From assembly GCA_963422365.1 (NCBI GenBank), contig OY729426.1:2176001-2240000 (forward strand): a stretch of DNA of 64,000 nucleotides, read 5' to 3'. The DNA comes from Nitrospirales bacterium (lineage in GTDB: Bacteria; Nitrospirota; Nitrospiria; Nitrospirales; UBA8639). A program made the position numbers and the translations under genes. Under the pieces are notes generated by a model, which made no database searches, had not been told where the DNA came from, and worked only from the letters and a program-made list of their open reading frames with translations. Positions 28,494 through 37,725 of the stretch are shown here, one piece after another (position 1 is the first letter of the stretch; every line of letters starts with the position of its first letter).

Positions 28494-29618
28494 TTATTGA
28501 GGTCGCAGGACATCCTGATACACGTCAACAAGCCTATCCATCATCGCCCCAACATTAAACTGTGATTTCACTCTCTGACATCCTTGGGCGCCAAGGACTC
28601 GACAACGCTCAGGATCAGCAAGCAAGGCAAGCACGGCTTGCGCGAGAGCCTGAGCATCATCAGGTTTCACGAATAACCCGGTGTATTGATCGTGAACAAC
28701 TTCTGACAAACCGCCCACATTTGTCGCGACCACAGGTTTGTTCACGGCCATTGCCTCCAGCACCGCAAGAGCGAGGCCTTCCAGACGCGATGGTTGGACA
28801 TACACGTCAAGAGCGGCAAGGTAAGGCACAACATCCGGTTGAAAGCCCAAAAAATGGACATATTTCTCAAGACAGAGCCGCTTGACTTGACGGTGAAGCT
28901 GTTCCTCGTAAGTCTTCTCACCTGCACCAATGATCAGATAGTGCGTGCGAGGAACCTTGGCGATGATCATCGGCATCGCCTGGAGCATGACATCATAGCC
29001 CTTTCTTGAAAAAAGATTCGCCACCGTCCCCAGCACCATGTCTTCAGGGGAAAACCCAAGTACCTGACGGATTTGATCGCCATTCACATTCAGGGAAAAC
29101 CGATTCAAGTCGAGACCGCTATACAGAGTCTCGACTTGGCGCGGTGAACCCCCACCCGCCGCAAAAGCACGTTCAATCTGCCTGGAGACGGTAAAAACAT
29201 AATCCACTTTATTCAATTCATACGGAATAACCTTAGCCGGCTCAATCTCTTGGCGCACGTGCGCCACAACCGGCACGGCAAAACGCTGAGACGCTCGCAG
29301 GACTTGCGGAACCCACCATATATCATTGACATGGACGAGTTGAGGTTGCACCGAATCAATCATTGATTCCAGAAAATGAATGCTTCTACCCCGAGCAAAG
29401 CGTGTTTTCCATTTCCTCCATGCTGGAAACGAGGCATCGCGTGCCTCTATTCCACAAGAAGCTAATTCCCGTTGCAGGGAGGATGGGCATGGACAAACGA
29501 CAATGGGATGATAACTCCGTTGCGCAAGCTGGGTGACAATGGTGACCAGCTCACGCTCAGCACCACCAATGCCTCCAATACCATGAATGAACAGAATTTT
29601 TGGAACATCCAATACCAT
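28494..29618 (-). CDS. Glycosyltransferase family 4
   Basis: 'GGAE', 'VANLFSRKG' and 'PSRLEGLALAVLEAMAV'. Confidence 0.9.
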   Translation of the reverse strand: MVLDVPKILFIHGIGGIGGAERELVTIVTQLAQRSYHPIVVCPCPSSLQRELASCGIEARDASFPAWRKWKTRFARGRSIHFLESMIDSVQPQLVHVNDIWWVPQVLRASQRFAVPVVAHVRQEIEPAKVIPYELNKVDYVFTVSRQIERAFAAGGGSPRQVETLYSGLDLNRFSLNVNGDQIRQVLGFSPEDMVLGTVANLFSRKGYDVMLQAMPMIIAKVPRTHYLIIGAGEKTYEEQLHRQVKRLCLEKYVHFLGFQPDVVPYLAALDVYVQPSRLEGLALAVLEAMAVNKPVVATNVGGLSEVVHDQYTGLFVKPDDAQALAQAVLALLADPERCRVLGAQGCQRVKSQFNVGAMMDRLVDVYQDVLRPQ

Positions 29619-29830
29619 GTTATCCTGTCAGCCTTGGCTGACCATTCCCTCAGGCATCCTGTCGTCTTTAGAGGTCGTAAAGCGAGAAGAGGAATTATAG
29701 AGGACACAGGGAAAAGCGGTCAATGCTGGGGAACGCGTTGCATGCGGCTGACTTTCTCTAGTAGAATGGGCAAATCCTCTGAGATTCCTCGAACACCGAC
29801 GGCAGACCACACGGGGCTTCAGTGAAGTAG

Positions 29831-30091
29831 ATGAGCGCGATTAGTTTTGATACCCATACGTTTGTGAAGCGTCTGACCCAAGCGGGCATGCCGGAAGTCT
29901 AGGCCGAGGTGCTGGTGGACTCCCAAGCCCTGCTGATTGATAATCAACTTGCCACCAAGCACGACTTGCACGAACTGGAAGTTCGGCTGACCCATACCCT
30001 CAAGGAACTGGAGGCCAGGTTGACGATCCGCCTGGGCTCTATGCTCGTCATCGCCATTGGCGTCGTGGCCACGCTGGTGAAACTCCTCTAA
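29831..30091 (+). pseudogene. Second DUF1640-like copy with a premature TAG
   Basis: Close paralog of 24557-24916 with an in-frame TAG at 29900-29902 (Gln in the other copy) and fewer 33-bp repeats. Confidence 0.85.
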
Positions 30092-30195
30092 CCTAGCGCA
30101 CACCCCATGCTCCAATTGACTCCACGAGATGACTCCACGAGAAGTCAGACTTTCAAAATTCAGGAATAGGACTCAGCCAATTAAGATTCTCAACC

Positions 30196-31209
30196 ATGCC
30201 TTCTTTACTATGCCAAAAGGTTCGGCCTCGCTTCATACCAGAGGATCAGGTCATGAATAGCTCTCCCTCTATGCCTCTTGTCAGCGTAATCATCCCTACC
30301 TGCAACGGCGTCAATCGCTATATAGACCAAGCGATTGCAAGTGTCCTTTCGCAAACATTTCAGGATTTTGAACTCATTATTATCGACGATGCCTCAACGG
30401 ATGGGACCTTGGAGTATGTCCAAGATCTGATCCTGAAGCTCATGCCTGCTCATCAACAGATCACTTATTCTCAGAGGGAAATCAACGGCGGTCCGGCCGT
30501 GGCACGGAACGATGGTGCCAAACGAGCCAAAGGCGAGTTTCTAGCCTTCTTGGACCAAGATGACCTGTGGGCACCTCCATTTCTAGACGCCACGGTGACG
30601 CTGCTGCAAGCGATGAGAACGGATATTGGTGCTGTCTGTACCGATCGCTATCGCATCAGTGCTGATGGCTCCATCATGGAGATGGAGCATGGAAAAAAAA
30701 TATCAAGAAAGGCGAAGATAAGATACGGCGATATCTGTACCGCTTTACTCCAAGGACAGCATTCCTCCGTAATAGGTTCATTCCTCTTCAGAAAGAGTGC
30801 ATTTGAGTCGGCAAAGGGGTTTGACGAAAATCTAAGGGTTTGTGAGGATCGTGATTTCTTCATCCGGTTTAGCCAACACGCTCATGTCGCGTACCTACCA
30901 AAACCTCTCTATTCTTTCAGGCGACAGTATGGGCGTCGTTCCGCGTGCGAAAGCACTCCTCCAAAATTAGCTTTTGCCAGCAGAAAATATTATTTGGAAA
31001 AGCACGCGCCATCCTGCAAGGGGAGGGCTGATCTGAAAGAAGCTCTTTCATTCGAATGGGCAAACCTTTATAGCGACATGGGGAAATACTATCTTTCCCA
31101 ACACAAACAAAAGAAAGCCAGACAATTTTTTCTTTCATCCTTAAGATTTCGTCCATTTTCGCGAAAAACGCTGCTCCGCTTTCTGCGTTCCTATGTGCCA
31201 TCTTTCTAG
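30196..31209 (+). CDS. Glycosyltransferase family 2
   Basis: 'LVSVIIPTCN', 'IIDDASTDGT', 'FLDQDDLW' and 'GFDENLRVCED'. The start is probably a downstream Met (~30253). Confidence 0.9.
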   Translation: MPSLLCQKVRPRFIPEDQVMNSSPSMPLVSVIIPTCNGVNRYIDQAIASVLSQTFQDFELIIIDDASTDGTLEYVQDLILKLMPAHQQITYSQREINGGPAVARNDGAKRAKGEFLAFLDQDDLWAPPFLDATVTLLQAMRTDIGAVCTDRYRISADGSIMEMEHGKKISRKAKIRYGDICTALLQGQHSSVIGSFLFRKSAFESAKGFDENLRVCEDRDFFIRFSQHAHVAYLPKPLYSFRRQYGRRSACESTPPKLAFASRKYYLEKHAPSCKGRADLKEALSFEWANLYSDMGKYYLSQHKQKKARQFFLSSLRFRPFSRKTLLRFLRSYVPSF

Positions 31210-31380
31210 AAAACACGTTTTTCAAGTTTTGGATGGGTTGAGATTCCCCATGTAGGAACACCTCAGAATGATTGAAATCATCTCAACGATCTCAAGAAAA
31301 TCTAAGAAAGAGTTAGAAAAGACGATGACAAGGATTTGGGGATGGAAGTAGATGGAAATAAATAGCCATGAGAAATTATC

Positions 31381-31968
31381 GTGTATCCGAGGGGGGGGGT
31401 AGAGAATATCAGAGATGTATTGAAGATAAACTTTAAGGAAATTGACGATCTATGGAAAAATGGTTGTAACATTCTGTATTGTGATCTAGACGTGGTCTTT
31501 CTCAAAGAAGCGAAATACGTTGGCGATTTTGACACATTTGCAATGTTTAATTTCACTGATCCGCCTCAAACTGATGTGAAATTTGAAAAATTTTTCAATT
31601 GTGGGATTCGATATTATCCAAACAACATGGATTCCCAAATTTGGGATTTGGGTATTGAAATGCTTGAAAATTGGAATTCTCATCGGTGGGACTGTGAACA
31701 AGTTATCTACAATTCCATGATGTGGAATCAGAACGACTTGGTACTTGAAAAAATTTACAGACCAGCAGTTAGTTTCCAAATGTTATTTACACCACCACTG
31801 CATCCAAAAAATTCAAAATTTAATAATATGCCCGTCACTGATGCAAGTGCCGTACACGTTCATGGAAGTAGAAACAGTAAATCCAGATTGCAGAAAATGC
31901 TAAAAGGAAACTTCAAAGGTCGCGTCAAAGATTTTTGCACTTTTCTTTCTTTTCCTTGGAGCCGATAA
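31381..31968 (+). CDS. AT-rich GT-A-like (nucleotide-diphospho-sugar transferase-like) protein, probably 5'-truncated or frameshifted
   Basis: 'NILYCDLDVVFLK' DxD motif, 'FFNCGIRY', 'EQVIYN' and 'HVHGSR'. There is a G9 tract at 31391-31399 and an upstream in-frame TGA. Confidence 0.55.
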   Translation: MYPRGGVENIRDVLKINFKEIDDLWKNGCNILYCDLDVVFLKEAKYVGDFDTFAMFNFTDPPQTDVKFEKFFNCGIRYYPNNMDSQIWDLGIEMLENWNSHRWDCEQVIYNSMMWNQNDLVLEKIYRPAVSFQMLFTPPLHPKNSKFNNMPVTDASAVHVHGSRNSKSRLQKMLKGNFKGRVKDFCTFLSFPWSR

Positions 31969-32032
31969 ACTCGATTGCTCCATCGAGCAACCACCACCTC
32001 ACAAGAGGCACATCTTCGCAACCACGTCGCAC

Positions 32033-33268
32033 TCACTCCCCGACACGAATCATTCTAATGCCATCCTGATCCTGCAGGTAACGCCACGGATCAACGACAA
32101 CGGAACCCTTCGGAAAACGCATGTTCCGAAAAAAAGCATGTTTGGTTCCAATAAGAAAAACAGAAGGCTGAAAATCCGGCACTCTCTCGCCGTCTATAAA
32201 CGGATCATACATTTGTACGTCCACGTTTCGTTCAACGAGCAAATTCCGTAACAACATCGCCGGACTTCCGACCGTGATGTTTGATTCCGGCTTAAAGGAC
32301 TTTCCAAAGATCACTTTCGGCAAATCGTACTCCATCATGACATCAGCCAACCACTCGGTTTGTTTTTCACGCGCAATCATAATCGCCTCAAAAAAGTCGT
32401 AGCTCAAATTCAACTCGCGCGCCAACCAGGACAATGCGATATTATCACGCGGATGGCAGCCGCCCCCGTCCCCCATTCCGCCTCGCAAATACATCGGACT
32501 GATAATGCGCGTTCCCGCCAGCGCAATCGATTCGGATATCGCGTCAATATTCGCTTCCGTTTTATGGCATATCTCCATGAATGTGTTGATAAACGCGATT
32601 TTCATGCTGATATACGTGTTATACGCCACTTTCGCCAACTCAGCGCTGGGAATCGTCGTGGCAAAAACAGGAGCGCCGTGAATTGTCGCATAAAACTGTT
32701 TCAAAACCTCCACAGCCTCTTCATCGTCAATGCCCATCAAAACGAATTCTGGATTCAGAAAATCCTCCATCGTTGTCCCCATAGCAATAAAAAACGGGTT
32801 GTAGCACAACTTGACTGTGCCGTTCAGTAACGGACGAATTTCCCGTTCAATCGTCCCCGGCAAAACGGTTGAAATAATGACAATGATCTTCTCTTCTCTT
32901 CTCTTCAAACACTGTTTGTCGATTTCCGCCGATAAGGTTTTCATGCCCGCTTTCAAATACCGGTAATCAAAATCCACTCTCTCCTCAGGCACTCGAGTCA
33001 CGCCTTCGTATTTTTCCTCGTGAGGAGTCTGTATCGCCACAAAAATAATATCGCTTCCAGACACCAGATCGGCAACATTCGTCAAGCGCAAATGGCTCTT
33101 CGCCAATGCCTCCTGCGCACCCTCTTCACGATAAGAAAGAACGCGCTTTCTAATGCCGTCAACGACGCTCTCATTCGTGTCGCAACCAATGACCTCATGC
33201 CCGCGTTGCTCAATGGCTAACGCACAAGGCAACCCCAATTTCCCCAGCCCCAGAAATCCGATTTTCAC
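32033..33268 (-). CDS. UDP-glucose/GDP-mannose dehydrogenase family protein
   Basis: 'GLGKLGLP' Rossmann motif, 'STVLPGT', 'AELAKVAYN' and catalytic 'GGGCHPRD'. Confidence 0.9.
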   Translation of the reverse strand: MKIGFLGLGKLGLPCALAIEQRGHEVIGCDTNESVVDGIRKRVLSYREEGAQEALAKSHLRLTNVADLVSGSDIIFVAIQTPHEEKYEGVTRVPEERVDFDYRYLKAGMKTLSAEIDKQCLKRREEKIIVIISTVLPGTIEREIRPLLNGTVKLCYNPFFIAMGTTMEDFLNPEFVLMGIDDEEAVEVLKQFYATIHGAPVFATTIPSAELAKVAYNTYISMKIAFINTFMEICHKTEANIDAISESIALAGTRIISPMYLRGGMGDGGGCHPRDNIALSWLARELNLSYDFFEAIMIAREKQTEWLADVMMEYDLPKVIFGKSFKPESNITVGSPAMLLRNLLVERNVDVQMYDPFIDGERVPDFQPSVFLIGTKHAFFRNMRFPKGSVVVDPWRYLQDQDGIRMIRVGE

Positions 33269-34203
33269 GCTATCTCCTTTGCTTTCAGGATGTTCAACGA
33301 GCGCCCGTGCTTGACAATGTGACCAGCCAGACGCAACACATCTTTTTTCCTCAAGTCTTTCTTTTTGACAAAAACTGGGTGAGTTATTGAATATGCCGCA
33401 GACGTCTCCGCGTACGTCTGATCCCTCGCCTCCTCCGTACCACGAATATGATCTATTTCAATCGACATCTCATCGCGTTGCATGAACAATTGGCCTGCAA
33501 CCGATTCAATCCATGAGTCAGAATGCGTATCGAGAGAATAGTGCCCCAATATTTCAAAAATTTTACGGTGTGCGGCGGGAAAGATGTTTTCCGAAGTACA
33601 AGTATTGAATCTCAAAACCACGAGTTGATTTCGCCAACCCTGAATCGCCGAAGGCCAGTTGCGTGAAAGAAATCTTGCGTCATCGTTAAACAACATCAAA
33701 AAGTCGCCACGTGCGACGGCAGCCAGTTCGTTCACAAACACATGAAAATTTCTATATCCTTCTCCCCGTGGTCCGACAATGATTTTCAGATCAACCGGCG
33801 AACAAGCCGCGTAAAACGATTCCCTTGCGGTTAGAGATTCGTCGTCATCCTCATCCAAACGAATCAAGACCTCAACCTTCGAAGGATCGTTCTCACAGGT
33901 ATTGGCGATATTTTGCAGGGTGTTTTTCAACATCTCCACACGACCACGCGAAGGCAACAAAAGAGACACCCCAATACCATGTGAGACCAATTCATTGCCG
34001 AAGTCGGGAACGTTTCCCGAATACCTTCGATGCATTGCCATTGCCAAGTACCATAACATGCGAAAATATCGGCGCACATAGCGCCGACTGTAGTAGAGAT
34101 CCAATCCTAATAACGCGCGAAAGTACCCACGCGCATGGCGCAACGGCTCTCTCATGAGAAGCCCGATCCATTGCGACAGCAAATTTTTATCTTTGCTTTT
34201 CAT
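33265..34203 (-). CDS. Glycosyltransferase family 2-like protein
   Basis: 'VSLLLPSRGR', 'LIRLDEDD', 'NELAAVARGDFLMLFNDD'. Confidence 0.75.
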   Translation of the reverse strand: MKSKDKNLLSQWIGLLMREPLRHARGYFRALLGLDLYYSRRYVRRYFRMLWYLAMAMHRRYSGNVPDFGNELVSHGIGVSLLLPSRGRVEMLKNTLQNIANTCENDPSKVEVLIRLDEDDDESLTARESFYAACSPVDLKIIVGPRGEGYRNFHVFVNELAAVARGDFLMLFNDDARFLSRNWPSAIQGWRNQLVVLRFNTCTSENIFPAAHRKIFEILGHYSLDTHSDSWIESVAGQLFMQRDEMSIEIDHIRGTEEARDQTYAETSAAYSITHPVFVKKKDLRKKDVLRLAGHIVKHGRSLNILKAKEIA

Positions 34204-34282
34204 TGATTGATATAGCTCTCGTCAGCAAAAAGGTAATCTGCAGATGTACAACGCCGCAAACGGTATTGGTGAATATGAAGCG

Positions 34283-35122
34283 TCAACCTCTATTCGCAAC
34301 ATGCCGTCTGTTGGCTTCGGGTGGTGCAGTCTCCTTGATTTCATAAGCCTTCGCATACTTTCCAAAGGTGTGAAAACCCGCAAACATCGCCGCAATCAAG
34401 CCAGGCAGTCCATCTTTCCATCCTTGTCGGAGGATCAAGGTCTTGATGATGATCCAAATATGATGGCCAAAAAGATTCATGAACGTGACTTCCCGAAGAG
34501 TTTTTAATTTTTCTCGAGCAGCCAATGACGTATATTGCATCATTTTTCGAACATGATGCGTAATCGTGGGCACAGAATGATGGTCTAAAAGCCCGCGAAG
34601 ATCCCCAATGTCTCCCTTAAGCTCTAGATTTTCATGCAGCAACGTATCATCATATCGACCCATGTCTTTTCGAAATAAGCGAACCTGAAGGTCAGGAAAC
34701 ATCCCTCCATGCTTCATCCACTGTCCGTAGAAAAAATTTCGTCGAGCAACTCGGTACCCTACGATATGTGGCTCTTGTCCGTTTTTTTTAAGGCCTTGAA
34801 TCTCGTCACGCAAACTATCGGTCACACGTTCATCCGCATCCACAATAAATATCCAATTGCCTCGAGCCCGTTGGATCGCAAAGTTTTTTTGAGGCCCAAA
34901 TCCTTTCCATGGCTCAATAAAAATTCGCTCCGTGAATTCTTGAGCCTTTTCCACGGTTGAATCGGTACTTTCGGAATCCACGATTATGATTTCATCGACC
35001 CACTTGAGGCTATCCAGACAGTTACGAATATTCTGTTCCTCATTTTTGGTGATGACGATACCAGTCAGAAAATTGGAATCTACACAACCCTTGTGTTCGA
35101 CGTCCATAGTTTGTGTGCTCAC
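34283..35122 (-). CDS. GT2, LPS core beta-1,4-glucosyltransferase (WaaE/KdtX-like)
   Basis: 'ITKNEEQNI', 'VDSESTDST', 'GFGPQKNFAI', 'VDADER' and 'LHE'. Confidence 0.88.
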   Translation of the reverse strand: MSTQTMDVEHKGCVDSNFLTGIVITKNEEQNIRNCLDSLKWVDEIIIVDSESTDSTVEKAQEFTERIFIEPWKGFGPQKNFAIQRARGNWIFIVDADERVTDSLRDEIQGLKKNGQEPHIVGYRVARRNFFYGQWMKHGGMFPDLQVRLFRKDMGRYDDTLLHENLELKGDIGDLRGLLDHHSVPTITHHVRKMMQYTSLAAREKLKTLREVTFMNLFGHHIWIIIKTLILRQGWKDGLPGLIAAMFAGFHTFGKYAKAYEIKETAPPEANRRHVANRG

Positions 35123-35729
35123 CCTTGAAACCCGTGAGTCAAAATTTCTTTATAAAATCTTGGATTGAACCACCGATTTCGTCTCGGACGAAGCGGAGTT
35201 TTTGATGCTATTCGGCTTTGCATGACCTGAGGATGCGTCCCTCTGTAGCCTTTAAGAATATCATATGTCGGACAATATCGGGAATGATTTGCCTCTTTCA
35301 ATGCAGTTTTCTGCATAGACAGTCTTCCCTCACCTTCGTGCCGACTCACTTGGTATTGCAATTTTTGTTGCAAGACCTTGGGATCTTTGACCCATCCGTC
35401 ATGAAACACCCTTGCCTTGATGAGTCGTCCATACAGACCAGATTTGATCATTCGCTGTCTCTTACCTTTGGGCAAAGAATCGCAGCCATCGGTCGCTGAA
35501 TACACCCCGCAATGATTACGGATAATCTGTGTGGCCTTTCTGTACATCCACGGGTCTATACTCCAATAGTCCCCCTTCAACTGGACCATTTTGAACACCA
35601 ATCCCAACACCTCTGGATGCCCCAGGTATCGCTCCATCGCATTCTGAATTTCCGGATAATTTTCTTCATGCAACACTTCGTCACCTTGCACGAATAAGGC
35701 CCAATCACCGGTGCAATGAGATAAGGCAC
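35119..35729 (-). pseudogene. 3' part of a GT2 gene split by the 35730-39927 element
   Basis: ALSHCTGDWALFVQGDEVLHE... joins in frame with the 5' part at 39928-40170. Confidence 0.85.
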
Positions 35730-36223
35730 TGACGGCGGATGAAAATAAATGGGAATGGGATGAAGCGGGACAGGGGTTAAACAAATCAAGGAGTTAGGAG
35801 GGTCTTTTTCTCCATCGTGCGGCGGCGGAAAATAATGAGGAATTTTCGAACAGGTGGGCGAAACAGGGGAGAAATCGGACAATTTCCCCCCTCCACAGGG
35901 GTGTGGCACGTCGGGGGATTTTCGGGAGAGAGAGTCCCCCCTCTGGTCATTGAGAGGCTACCCAGAGGATCTCCGCCGGGCGCACCCAGAGCACCCGGGC
36001 CGTGTTGTCCATCACGACGACGCGCTGCGAGGGGAGCTGGAGGAGCCGACGCCACAGGGCGAGGATCTGCTTCTCGCCTCTCATCACATAACACGCTCGC
36101 CCTGTTCATCCGCTCATGCTTCCCTCCTTTCAGACCCACAAACAAAAAACATAGAGAAATTACCAACGCCTCAGCCGACACTCAGCCAGTCCAGCCCGTC
36201 CCGCCGTCGGGCTCCCCCTTCCC

Positions 36224-36252
36224 TTGACAGGCGCCCGTCCCCCGGGTATGCT
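36224..36252 (+). promoter_or_regulatory. Sigma70-type promoter convergent on the MuF gene
   Basis: TTGACA (36224-29), a 17-bp spacer, TATGCT (36247-52) in otherwise very GC-rich DNA. Confidence 0.75.
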
Positions 36253-36258
36253 CCTTGT

Positions 36259-36325
36259 GGGGCTGGAGCCAATTTCGCTTGTCCCGGTTTCGGCCGCGCG
36301 TGAGGGTAGCGACTCACCCAGCCCC
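36259..36325 (+). ncRNA. Candidate 67-nt cloverleaf-like small RNA
   Basis: Closing stem GGGGCTGG/CCAGCCCC with inner hairpins AGC-CAATTTC-GCT, CGGT-TTCG-GCCG and GTGAG-GGTAGCGA-CTCAC. It starts 7 nt after the -10 box. Confidence 0.55.
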
Positions 36326-36326
36326 C

Positions 36327-37607
36327 TCAGTCTTCCCCGAGCCTCCTCGCCGGGTTGAGCCGCAAGCGCCGCAGGTCGCTCGGTTTGATCCTTCCCAGAC
36401 TCGTCAGATACGTCTCGTGCCAATCCTGCGTGACCTTCACGGCGACGCGCCACACACGCCCCTCCTCATTGAAGACCCCCACGAGCACCCGATCCAACCG
36501 TCGTCCGGTTTGGCGATTGACCCCAGAGAACCACTCCCCCTCATCCAGGATCTTCTGCACCCGGGCGTAATCCGTGGGTGCCACATCGGGGTGGCCGGGG
36601 ATCCCCGGGATGCGCCCGGCCTGTTTCTCTGCGGTCCAGGGGGAGAGCCGCACCGTCCGGGACAGGCCCCCGAGGGTCTGCTGCACCGCCGGCGGCAGCA
36701 CTGCCACGGGCCAATCGCCCATCGGCCCCGCCCCGGCGTCAGCCTCAGGCCGTCGGGTCCCTGAGGGCGGATGCAAGAATTGCCGGAACACCGCCCCGCC
36801 CCAGGGCTGCCCGATAGCCGCCTGCGCCAGGGCCGCGGGCGCCGCGTCCAACCGGCCGATAAACTGATCCGCCACCGCCCGATCCACCTGGGCCCGGCCC
36901 ACGTGATGCGCCCACCCGGGCTCAAGGCCCACGGGCACCTGCGTCACCCGGCCCGTGCGGCGATTCTGCCAGGGCACCCGGCGCTCGGAGCCCGCCGGGG
37001 GGCCGTCGGCCACCCGATAGCCGTGGCTCGCGAGGTCGGCCGCATCCAGTTGCTGGACCAGGCAGCGACAGTTCCAGCCGTTGGGCGGGTAATGGGTCTG
37101 CCACCAGGGATCGTCCACCGGCAGCACCGTGCCATGCCAGGCCGCGTGCGCGGGCCGGGTGCGGCCGTCCAACACCGCCACGTACCGGAGATACGGCAGC
37201 TCGGCTTTGACCCGGTCGATGCGAGCCCAGCGGCCGGCGCTATAGGCGGTGGCGAGATTGGTGCGGAAGATGGTGCGCAGGCGGGCGAGGCTGCCGAGTG
37301 TCACCCGCCGGGGCGTGCCCGTCAGGGGATCGGGCTGCCACTGCTGGCCCCACCAGCCCTTGCGCACTAGGAGCGGCTCGAGGGCGTCCTGGAAGTGAGA
37401 CAGCGTGGTGCCCTCTGCGAGCGCCGCGTCGACGGCCACGCGCACGTCCTGCAATAGATCGAGTTGCAGCATTTTCGCGACCGTAAAGCTGCGCACGTGC
37501 AGGGCCGCGTCGGTGTCCCGCCAGTCGAAGCCCACGTGAAAGCCCTTGGCCCGGAAATGGTCGACGGCCTCGGCGGCGGGCAGATTGAGAATCTCCGGGT
37601 CAGGCAT
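36327..37607 (-). CDS. Phage Mu F-like head morphogenesis protein with a C-terminal PBECR-like nuclease/toxin domain
   Basis: 'RLRTIFRTNLATAYSAGRW', 'YVAVLDGRTRPAH' and 'WWQTHYPPNGWNCRC' (MuF). The tail reads 'KQ...HPDVAPTDYARVQKILDEG...WRVAVKVTQDWHETYLTSL'. Start set at ATG 37607. Confidence 0.85.
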   Translation of the reverse strand: MPDPEILNLPAAEAVDHFRAKGFHVGFDWRDTDAALHVRSFTVAKMLQLDLLQDVRVAVDAALAEGTTLSHFQDALEPLLVRKGWWGQQWQPDPLTGTPRRVTLGSLARLRTIFRTNLATAYSAGRWARIDRVKAELPYLRYVAVLDGRTRPAHAAWHGTVLPVDDPWWQTHYPPNGWNCRCLVQQLDAADLASHGYRVADGPPAGSERRVPWQNRRTGRVTQVPVGLEPGWAHHVGRAQVDRAVADQFIGRLDAAPAALAQAAIGQPWGGAVFRQFLHPPSGTRRPEADAGAGPMGDWPVAVLPPAVQQTLGGLSRTVRLSPWTAEKQAGRIPGIPGHPDVAPTDYARVQKILDEGEWFSGVNRQTGRRLDRVLVGVFNEEGRVWRVAVKVTQDWHETYLTSLGRIKPSDLRRLRLNPARRLGED

Positions 37608-37620
37608 CAGTCCGTTGGGT

Positions 37621-37656
37621 CCCTCACCCCCAGCCCCTCTCCCAGAGGGAGCGGGA
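37621..37656. repeat. REP-like palindrome (CCCTCACCC..CTCTCCC..GGGAG.GGG)
   Basis: Related copies at 37983-38017 and 42374-42411. Confidence 0.6.
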
Positions 37657-37725
37657 GAAAGAAGGGGGACGCTGCCGCGGGTCGGCCGCGAGGCGGCAGC
37701 CCCCGTGCCCAGCCGGTGCAAGGGC

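Noticed and set aside
30117..30142. 13-bp tandem duplication TGACTCCACGAGA x2
   Set aside because: Real but isolated; it could be a slippage or excision footprint, with nothing to support a function.
35786..36303. Overlapping ORFs near the left end of the Mu-like element as immunity or regulatory genes
   Set aside because: No recognisable motifs, low-complexity Pro/Arg/Gly translations and no clear RBS. They cannot be fully excluded without a search.
36259..36325. Canonical tRNA or tmRNA gene
   Set aside because: It lacks the TTC T-loop, a 7-nt anticodon loop, D-loop GG and CCA. It is kept only as a tRNA-like ncRNA candidate.
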